Virus record (IMG/VR): IMGVR_UViG_3300032038_000006
Reading direction: 5' to 3' (one strand)
Source: a virus
Taxonomy: Duplodnaviria > Heunggongvirae > Uroviricota > Caudoviricetes
DNA: 64,000 nucleotides
The position numbers and the translations under genes were made by a program. The notes under the pieces were generated by a model that searched no databases, had not been told where the DNA came from, and saw nothing but the letters and a program-made list of their open reading frames with translations. How positions within the stretch are numbered: the first letter of the stretch is position 1; each line of letters begins with the position of its first letter. Of this stretch, positions 53,586 to 64,000 are shown one piece after another.

Positions 53586-56123
53586 ATGGCAAAAATGAGA
53601 GATTTTGAGGGATTCCGTTTTGGAAATATTCATTCCTCAGACTTGGATTTAGTTGTAGTTAGTTCAAGTAATCGCTATGACAAAAATCTTCTCCCTCCTC
53701 CTAAAGATTATACCTTAGATGTACCAGGAGGGGATGGAAAATATTACTTTGGTTAGACATTTGAGACAAGAAGCTTTACAGTTAATGTTGCTTTTGATAA
53801 TGTAAGTGAGCCTACCTTCCGAAAGATAGCTCAATTGTTTGCTTGTGATAAATTATAGGATTTAGTATTTGATGAGCTTCCTTATAAGACTTATAGAGCA
53901 AAGATTAAGTCGAATCCAGACTTTAAGCACATTTGTTTTACAAATAGAGAAACTGGAGAAAGAGTTTACAAAGGAGAGGGCACTCTTTAGTTTATTTGCT
54001 ATTTCCCTTATGCCTTTGGTTTTAATAAATATGTTGTTAGGGCGGCAGACTACTATAAATGTATGATGCCAGAAGATATTATTACTAATAGTATCGAAGA
54101 AAATCCATATAAACGTCGCGGCCCTAAGAAGATGTTGCCTGGTCTTATCAAAGACCACTATAATGTTCGTCCTAATATGAACACTCCTTGGAAGGGTGGT
54201 TATCCAACCATAGAGCAGACTCAATGGGGAGAACTTTACTTTACTCCTCCTCCATCAACAGATAGACCGGTTATTCCACAAGATTGTTCTGACGCGCCAA
54301 ATAATGATAATAAACTTCTTATTGATGTTCGTGGATACTGGAAGAACATACCTGAATGGCAAGGAACTGCTAAACTTTTAACTACACCGACATTAGATTA
54401 TGACCAAGAGTTAATTTACTTGCCTTAGTATAGTAAGAAAGATTATTACAATATGGACATTGGTTCAGCTCATAACACAAATCTCATGGGAAGTAGAATA
54501 CTGGTTTATAACCCAGGAGACGTACCAGTTGAATTTGAACTTCGTATTGGCAATCTTATAAAGCAGTTTAGAGGTCGTGACCCTTATACATTTAGAATTT
54601 CTCGTCATAATGTATAGAGATTATTAATTGAAGATGCTGTTGATTGGACTGGATTAACAACATTTAGAGACGAAGATAATATACCTTATAAATATGGTAA
54701 TAGATATTTTACTATTACAGAAGGTGTTGATGATACAAAATTAGTTACTTCAACAGAAGTTGACGGATAGACTATTAATTTCTATGAGCCAGCATATCGT
54801 AATCTTAAAATGGCTCATCCTAATCATACTTATTTAATTGAACCTATTCCAAGAGAAAAGCTTGGACATTTTATTAGACTTTTTTATTGGTAGAGTTTGC
54901 AATTAAATAAAGACGACCCATATGTAAAACAGGTTATTGATTTTGAATAGGGTAAGGCTATGGCGGCGCGATATGAAGAGCTTTATAAAGGCTGTATCAC
55001 TGATGAAGAGAGATATGAGCTTTATTGGAAGACTCTTAAGGATGCTATTTTAAGTCGTTATTTAGCATTAGATGAAGCTCTTCAAGAAGCAAGAGCTCCA
55101 CTTCCAAGAATATTCAATGATGACTATACATATGAAGATTTCGTCTATGATTATATCTATAGTCCAGCAGAATATATACGTGTGAAAACTAATGATAATG
55201 CTAAATATGGTTAGTTTGACCTTAATATCAATAATTATCCTCAATATATTACAGGAGATTATTTTGATATAAATACAAAAGACTTTGATTAGTTTATACA
55301 AAACAAAGATGTCAAGCATTAGACTATTGAACCTCTATTCCTTGACACTGACCGTAGAATGTTGTATAATATAATTGAACCAAAATGGGAGAAAGACAAC
55401 GAAGAGCTTTATGATAACTTCTATGATTATAAACCTCATAAGAATATTCTTAATGAGAATATTGAAAAGGGTCATTGGTTTAAACTCCCTCCTGGATGGT
55501 CTTTGATTAATATAACTCCAGTAGTTGACGAAGATGTCTGGGGCGGCAAGAGATGGCTTGATGCCAGACCATTTGATTGGGGCTGGAGTGAAAACGCTAA
55601 TTATGAAGAAGTTCAAAAGAAGCGTTAGATATATAATACAATTTATACTGAATTAGTAAAACGCCATATTGAGAAATATTGTCCTGAGTATATAACAACA
55701 AATACTGATGAAGCATTTGTTAGAGATGACGAAGGACACGAGGGAGAACTTGTCTATGATAATGGACAATTTACCACAGATGAAATGGAATAGATAGAGC
55801 ATATCTTCCAATTACGCCGTTGGTACGAAGATTATCGTAGAGAAATGTTAGTTCTTGCAGATTTCAGTAAGGCCGCGGCCTCATTTGGAGACGATATTTA
55901 TAAGAAGCGTACAGAAGTAACTGAGGTTAAGTTCTTGCGTACTCTTGATGAATATTGGAGAAATAATTTCGGTACAAATCCAAATGAATATTTCCACGGA
56001 GAATTAAGTGAATGGTGGTGGTATGCTAATAACTATATCTGGGCAAACTTCCCTCCTATTTACTGGGGATACATTGATTTGCTCAATGATATATAGATTA
56101 AATATATCCCGCTATTTTATTAA
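53586..56123 (+). CDS. Distal tail protein (Dit)-like, enlarged, 845 aa, TAG-recoded
   Basis: GFRFGNIHSSDLGL...VPGGDGKYYFG...LVFDELPYKTY N-terminus; follows TMP. Confidence 0.75.
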
Positions 56124-56135
56124 GAGGTGATAAAG

Positions 56136-59100
56136 GTGAGTATTCATAAATATGAATATGAATTGAGTGTCTGGTCTGAGACACTTGCGGAAAATGGAAA
56201 TAAAGTCGAGCGTAAAGAATATATAATTGGCGCCCATGATATGTCTTATCTTGGGCGCGCCACTGGAATTAAGTTGGCGAGAAATATTAAGGGTACAAAT
56301 ACTTTAACATTCCAAATGCCAACAAAATTTTTCGACTCAGAAAAAGGTGAGTTCGTAAAAAATGAATATATAGAGGAGCTTTTTAATGAGAGAAAAGTTA
56401 AATTAAAATTTCAAAAATAGTGGTATGAGTTCTATATAAAGAGGATTTCAGAAAGCAAATAGTTTAAAGCTATTATGAAAACTTTTACTTGTGAGGACAG
56501 TTTTATTGATGAATTGTCTCGTACTGGATATGGAATTACTTTTGATACTGAATTACATAATAATGTTGATGAACTTGGTAATTTCAGTGAAATTATTATT
56601 GAAGACAGTATTTGGGACTACTGTCCAGACTTCAACTGGGGTGATTTTACTGAGTTTACTGAGTAGCGTTTTTATAAAATACCATTAGATTAGTTTGGTG
56701 GAAGTATAAGCGCATATCCGATAATTTTAACTGTAACTAAGGACGATTTATTATATGCAAATAACACTCCTAAGCCATACTTAGAAAAACGTTTGGCTGA
56801 TGAAGGTTTAGTTTGGGTTAATATGACTGCTGAAGAAAAAGAAAAATTTGTTAATAACGAGATTACTTTAACAAATATTTATACTCACGAAAAGAGACCT
56901 CTTGAATATGGAGACGATATGAGTAGAGTTGAAGAGATTTTCTGGGACCCATACAAGAGCGATAATGGTTCTTCTCTTTGGAGTGCGGCAGAAACATTAA
57001 GCGGAGGATATATTTATGTCCCTATATCTGATTTATCATATATTTACGGTTCAGCTATTAATGACCCATATAAAGCAACAGAGACTCCCGCTTATTATGG
57101 AACTGATGATAAGAAAGGATATGCTTTACAACCTTATTCTAATAACCCAAAAGATTTAATTCAATTCATTTATTTCCCTGAAAATGCTGACATAGAAATA
57201 GATGAGAGTGGAACGGTTGTAAATAATGATTACCATTATATTATGACTATAGATGCTTTTAGTAAATCAGCTGGACATAATACAATCCATTGGAGAGATG
57301 CTGATGACACTTATAGAGCAATCACTCCAGACACAAGTCTTATTGATAACTTCAATTGGAATCCAGTATATTATGAAGGATATTTAGATAAAATTGGAGA
57401 AACTGAAGTATTCAAGGCAAGAAAAATTTCTGTTACTGATAGAACAGAATATAACTTAGACAAAGAAAGTTATGTAACTGTTTATAATAATAGTTCAGAA
57501 GAATATAAAAATCTTTATTCAGAAAAAGAATTAGAAACCTTAGTTAAAAAAGGTTAGGATTTTAGAGTATGTTCTAATTTATAGACAAGACTTGTAATGC
57601 CTACTTTGGCTCGTAATCTTGTTTAGAACGGAACTAATATTTCTAAGACAGATGGCTGGGATTCTTTAACTTAGAAAAGTGAGACTTCTACCAATACAGG
57701 TCGTTTTGAAACCCTACTTGAATTTGATGTAAAAACAGCAGAGCAAAATATCACAGGATAGGAAGAAGACCAGGGTATTTCTGATTATTATTTAGAGATT
57801 CTTAGTCCAAAAGTCTTAAAAGGAAATAGCTTTGATTTAGAAGGAGAGAGCTATTCTGATTACTTATTAAACTTTGGTTTAATTGGTTAGGAAAAAATCA
57901 TTGAGAAAGATAAGATTTATGCTTTACGTATGTGTACAGGAATAAATTATCCATATAAAGGCGTAATTACTTGTCGAGGCCTTAATGGAACAGAGGTATA
58001 TACTATAGCAGAAACAGTAATTGTAGGAGACGTTACTGAAGAAAAAATTCGTGCGGCATATCAAGAAAATATTGATGGTGTTAAAAATATAATGGACGAA
58101 CATTACAAAGCCTATGTTGATACTGTTAAAAGCTATGGAGCTCAATTAATGGATGAGTCAGTTTTTGGTACTGTAGATTATAGCTCTGCATCAGAGCAGG
58201 ATTTTAAGGATTTGCTTAATACTATTATAACAACTCATGACCAAGGACTAACTAAGACTGAATAGTTGTATGCGGCAGTCGCCAACTCTCTTGACTATGG
58301 ATACCTAATAGCTTTATGGAGAAAAAAAGAAAACCCTAATAATCTTTCTGAGTCTGCTAATCCAATAACTGATACAATTGTATCACAAAAAGAGTCTATT
58401 GTCTTAGGTGTTGGAGACAAAGGAGATTATAACCTTTTAAATCAAACAACTATTAATTCATGGATTAAAGATATACTTAAAAATACAACTTATTTCATCA
58501 AGATGTATAATACTGATTTAGATAAAATTTTGATTGGATAGGGTTCAATTGATTTAAATGGTAACTATACATTAGATGGAAATAATAATCTAAGCGGAGA
58601 TTACATTTCTTTTTCTGATTTGTTTGATTCTGAAAATGAAATTGCATTTATAAATGAATTTTATGGAGAAGATGCTTTGACTAATGAAGATGTCCAAAAT
58701 AAAATTAGTAAAACTTATTATCATAATAAAGAAAATGGTAAATGGGAATGGGGCACTTCTGCTCAAGAGACTAATGTGCCAGATACATCATTCTTATTAT
58801 TCAAAGCCACAAAAACAATCGAAAATCCTTATATCGGTATTAAGGTTTCTTCTTCTCCATTATCTATAAACATAAAAGAATTAAAGGTTAAAAAATATGA
58901 TGACACAAGCTATAAGGGAGTAAAATTACAACTCTTTGCAAAAAGAGACGGACAGCCTTATTTAGTTGATGGTTTAAGTTTTATATGCTATAAATTAACT
59001 GAAAAGAATTTTGAAAAATCATTCTTAGAATCTCTTGGAACATTAGATGATGCAGGTAATTTAACTTTAAGAACAGACATCCAAAATGTAGCTTATTAGG

Positions 59101-59297
59101 ATTCATATTTAAAAGCAAATGCTTATATGGCTTGGAGCGGCAAGAGCTTAAGTGATAATAATTTGTATTTCACTAAAACCACATTAATGATTGAAAATAC
59201 CGCCGTAAATGAGAATAAATCCGACGCATTTGCATTATTTATTAGTGATGGTACTAATAAAACATTTTATGGCGCATTTCAATTAGTTAAGGGGTGA
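56136..59297 (+). CDS. Tail/baseplate protein (Tal-like N-terminal part with insertions), 1053 aa, TAG-recoded
   Basis: LARNIKGTNTLTFQMP...FYIKRISE...FTCED N-terminus; five track fragments in frame. Confidence 0.7.
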
Positions 59298-59301
59298 TTA
59301 A

Positions 59302-62300
59302 ATGTTAAAAAATCTTCATAAGGTAACTAATAGTTTAATTGAAGACACTCTTTCAGCCTGGGGTCCTTATAAAGGAGAGTGCGTACTATATAATAAAAGA
59401 GCTGGCGTATATCCATCAACTGGTAATGTAACTTCTTATCAATTTGCCTTTATGATTGTATCAAGAAACGGTTCAGAAGTTGGTAATGCGGCAAATTGTT
59501 TCTCTAATGAAAGTAATTACGGCTTCTTGCAAAAGAATGCTGGAGCTCCCACAGGCTATGCTTTATCAAGTAGATATGGAAGTGAAATAAGAGGTATTAC
59601 CCTAAGAAATGGAAATAAATTCGGCGGAGTATAGACAGTACCTGGAGCTTCAAATTATGGGAAGCAGGCAATAGCTTCAGAAATTGGAGCTGCAATTCCT
59701 CCAATGGCTTGGAACTCTACTGTAACTACTTACAATAATAAACATACTGTTTATTGCTATCTTAATGGAGTAAATGGCAATAATGGAATTTATTACTTGG
59801 ATAGCGTTATGGATTTACTTGACCCAAGTGAAAAGAGAGGAACATGGACTGGATTCTTTTACAAGGCAGGATATTACAAGAATGGTTATTTAGTTAATGA
59901 TGGTAGCTATATTATTATTTCTTGTAATAGTTCCAAGACAGACTTTGGTACTTCAAAAGGACCTTTTAAAAATCTTTCTGATGGTGCCGCGGTGCTTAGT
60001 GGTAACTCAGATTATTCATCTTACTCTGAAAAGAGATTTATCTTGTTATAGCTAACTGGTAATTCATATCCCTGCTACAAAACATTATGTGGTACTTTTG
60101 ATAACCCTGTTGATTATAATACTATCCGCAATTACTGCGGGGCAACTTCAGGCAGTTCGGGAACTGGAGGCAGCGCTGCAGCTTCAGTAATTGATTAGTT
60201 AACAGAAGAAAGTTATTTTGATGTTAATAACACTTTAAATAATGCTACTGGTGGAAAGGCTCAATCTTATATTAAAAATTTCCAAGATTATAAAATGGTA
60301 TTTATTGGAAATAGTGCATTAGCTTCTGAAATTAATGTGGATAAAAATAATCTTATAGTTTCAATAACTAAGGATACAATTCCTGCAGCTTCTGGCGGAC
60401 AGATTTCAGATAAATATATTAGTTTATATTACAATGCCAATAAAGATGAGAATTACACTGAAGCAAATTAGGATGGATTTTTCGGTTAGATAGACTCTTT
60501 TATAAATCCAGACCCTAATAATAGTTTATTAAATAAAAAGATTCCTGACTATAATCTTCCTTCAGAAAGAGAACATCTTAAAACCACTGTTATTGGAGTA
60601 GATAAACAAACCTTTAATGACTTTATGTCTTCGCCTTATTGGAATAAAGGGGAGTTTTCTCTTTCAGTGTTCTTCAACCATATTCCTTCATCTGCAAATA
60701 TTTATAGCTTAACTTAGTTTATGAATAAGACAGATAGAACAAAAAAACTCTTAATGTTCTTTGATGTAGGAAATAATTTAATATATAAACCTCAGGAAGA
60801 TATAGAAACTTTTATGAGTGACAATAGTAGTTATTTTACTAATATAAAGAAAACAAATTTTGAAATTTCATTAGAGTATAATTAGGAATCTGAGGCTCTT
60901 AACTTATATTCTTTGGAGTTATTTGAAGGATATACTCGTGGTAGAGATTTCATTTAGGAAGATTATACCACAGTAAGAGCAGAAGAATATTTAAAGTCCT
61001 CTATCAATGGAGGAACAAATAATAAAAGAAAGATGTCTATGGATGACAATTATTTCTTATACAAATATAGCGGAAGAGATTTTCAGTTAAATCCATATAA
61101 TGAAAGCGGTTCTAAGAATAATAAAGTTCTTCAATTAAGCGGGGGGTAGGATATATATTGCGTACTTGTTCACTCATCAGATTTATTACTTGAAAGTGAT
61201 GTTACTTTGGGTGAAGCTTATGGTATTTAGAATTACTTTATTCAAGCCATTCGTTATGATGCTAATTATAATATTGACAATGAAATTGCCGCGGAGAATA
61301 TGTATCATATCACTCCAGATTATCATTATGTTGATACATTTAAAGTAACTAACTATCTTGAAGCAATTTTAGATGACCCTACTGCTGGAGCAACAAAATA
61401 TACTGAAGACGACTTAGAGATTAAAACTGGTAATATTGATTTAACTCAATGTAAATATTTTAATCCATTAGAGGCATCTGCAGAAAATCATTGGTGTGAT
61501 TGTAGCTACGGCGGCAATGGATTTTAGTCTGAATGTTTATATGTCAAAATCGGTAAGTGTCCTTACAGATTTAAAACGGAAAAGCACCCAAGACGTATAA
61601 GAACACTATCAAAAGAGAAAAGTAATAGATTTAATTTAATACAAGAGTTAAGCAAAGTATTTGAAGTTTATCCTAATTTCTATATTGAGTTTAATGAGAA
61701 CGGAAAAGTTAAAACTGATGAAGATGGAAAGATGTTAAAACATATTTGCTTTATGACTGAAAAAGGAAACTTGTAGAAAATTGGATTTAGATATGAGAGA
61801 AATCTTTCTAATATTTCAAGAACGGTAGACTCTTCTTCTATTACTACAAAACTCTACGTTGAAAATATAGATTCTCAGCTTACTCCAACTGGCGTATGCT
61901 CAATTGAAACAGCCGAGGATTCTATCAGTAGAACAAATTACGTCATTGGATTCGATTATTACATAAAGAAAGGTATATTAAATGCTGAACAAGTTCAAAG
62001 AGACTTATATGGTATTTCTAAAAATGATATGGCATTTTTACCTACTATCGGATATTTCAATAAACGTTATGATGAACTTTCTAATTTAATCATTAATATG
62101 ACTGGAGAAAAGCTTACTGAACTTGCGGCAACTTTAAAAGTAAGTGTTACTGGTGTAGGTACAGCTCTTGAGGAAAGACAAAAAGTCGCTCAACAGATGT
62201 ATCAATTTAAGACAAAAGCTCAAAACAGAAATACTGATTATACTACTTCTGATACTTATAAAAACTATCTTGAAAAGTATAAGGCATAGGCAACTATTTT

Positions 62301-64000
62301 ATGGGGAGAAATAGAAAAACTATTCTTTACTGGTTCTAATGTAACCCTTATAAATAGAAAGAGAAATGAGACAACTGATGAATATGAATATGATTTTTAG
62401 CTATTTACAATACCAGAGACACAAACTATCGGTACTATATATCCAGACGGGAAATTTGAATAGATGAAATATCTCGCCAATGCTTTCTGCGAAAAATATT
62501 GTAAGGGAGAGCTCTTCTATCGTCTTATGATTCACGGATTTGAGGATGAAGACCTCGGAGATATAATTTATACTCCAGTATTTAATAGCTGGGAAGATTT
62601 CAAGAATAGTCTGCTTGAAGATTATCAGTATCCTGTTAATGGAAATGAAGGTCAATATAAAGGCTTATATGATTAGGTAAAGAGATGGAAAACAGAAAGA
62701 GCTACTTGGCTTAATAAAATAAACGCTATTGCAGATAAATTCTATAAAAAATACGAGCCATTTATTAAAGAAGGTACTTGGACAGATAGTAATTATCTTA
62801 CAGATAATGAATACTACTGGGCGGCGCAATCTGTACTTGAAGACGGAAGCAAACCTAAGATTACTTATAATATCTCAGTGGTTGATATAGCTCCATTACC
62901 TTGGTATACAGATGATTATACAGTTGGTCTTGGAGATACAACATTTATTGAAGATATTGACTTCTTCGGAATAAACAAAGTAACTGGACTTCCAAATAGA
63001 GAAAAGGTTATTATCAAGGGAATTACATTCTCATTAGATTAGCCTCAATAGAACTCTATTAGTATATCAACTTATTCTACTGCCTTTGAAGATTTGTTCG
63101 GTAGTATTAATGCCAGCGTTCAATCATTAACATTTAATGAGAACACATATAAGAGAGCAAGTAACTTTACTGCAACAAAATATGTAGAAAAAGAAGCTCT
63201 TTAGGGAACTCTTGATGAGGGCGACCTTATACTTATGAACGCAAATAATAATAATATTGAAATAAGCGAAGACGGCACAAAGGGTAGAAGTATTGATAAC
63301 AAATCAAATTGCTATGACTTAAGAGGAGAAGGTCTATTCTTCTCATAGGACGGCGGAGTAACATGGGATATTGGTGTTGGACCTTCTGGTATAAATGCTG
63401 ATTATATTAAATTTGGTTAGTTAGATGCTTCTAAAATTTAGATTGTCGATGGTTCATATATTTATTTCCTTTGGGATAAAAGTGGTATTAATGCTTACAG
63501 AAATCCAGCAACAAGTACTTCTGGTTTAGTTGATTTTGCGAGATTTAATAAATATGGTTTAAGTTTAATTGAAAATAATAATGTACGTTTAAGAGCTGGT
63601 TATGCTTATTCTAATAATAACAATAACGGTGATTATAGAGAAGAAAATGAATTGACTAATCAGCATATTGGTTTCTACCTTTATAATGATAAAGGTCAGC
63701 CTATATTTAAGACTGAAACTCGTTCTGACTATGATGATGTTAATTCTGATTACAGTGCTCGTTTAAGTCTTGCTGGTGAAATCTTTGCAACTAACAAAGT
63801 TCTTGCCGGAGAAAATGACGGTTCTATTATTTCTTCAAAAATTGTTTATAAGTATTATACAAGTTATGCAATAAGAACAGTTTCATTCGGACGCTTAGGT
63901 CCTTTATCTCAATCAATTATTTCTAATTTAATTGGACAAGATTGGTACATAGAAGATAGAGGAACAGAAGTTGTTGTTTATGTCAATATAGAACAATTCC
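59302..64000 (+). CDS. Large tail protein (Tal-like C-terminal part), >1566 aa, runs off the window, TAG-recoded
   Basis: NRFNLIQELSKVFE, GFRYERNLSNISRTVDS, FIKEGTWTDSNY, PKITYNISVVD motifs; the frame was open except for TAG wherever checked, including the last lines. Confidence 0.75.

Noticed and set aside
20287-63000. Pseudogenes or frameshifts in the fragmented standard-code late ORFs
   Set aside because: Fragments stay in one frame, are broken only by TAG, and end at TAA/TGA coupled to the next start. Recoding explains this better than decay.
1-64000. Integrase/recombinase or release-factor gene supporting the cassette or recoding hypotheses
   Set aside because: No tyrosine/serine recombinase, HUH, RF2 or aminoacyl-tRNA synthetase motifs were recognised in this window. 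Any such gene must lie elsewhere, so both mechanisms remain inferences.

Overview
A 64-kb segment of a large, AT-rich tailed-phage genome. The host is probably a Firmicutes/Clostridia member (inferred from AGGAGG RBSs, sigmaA-type TTGACA-N17-TATAAT promoters with extended -10 TG, and a morphogenesis gene order like the SPbeta/c-st siphoviruses). The window has two parts. (1) About 1.1-19.8 kb is a bidirectional array of roughly 30 self-contained mini-transcription units. Each has a consensus promoter, one to three small ORFs or a tRNA/small RNA, and a terminator. Units are joined by a conserved junction element: a palindromic GTTAG-N6-CTAAC box, a GC-rich CCCGGG/CGGGTC core, and a second box or hairpin. 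The array holds duplicated modules (3 wHTH paralogues, 2 basic 45-aa peptides, 2 copies of a small RNA, 2 PD-(D/E)XK-like paralogues), promoter-only 'empty' units, tRNA-Lys, tRNA-Asn, a degenerate tRNA(CAT)-like RNA and a ~240-nt structured non-coding RNA. (2) From 20,059 to the window end is a + strand packaging/head/tail operon. It only reads as intact genes if TAG is a sense codon (most likely Gln, genetic code 15), so the supplied standard-code ORF track fragments it. It encodes a terminase interrupted by a group I intron with a GIY-YIG endonuclease, portal, protease/scaffold, major capsid, head-completion proteins, five tandem paralogues of the putative tail-tube protein, a ~2,535-aa tape measure, an enlarged Dit and a split, enlarged Tal-like region. 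No amber-suppressor tRNA, release factor or recombinase was seen in this window. All calls are by-eye translation and motif recognition; no database search was run.
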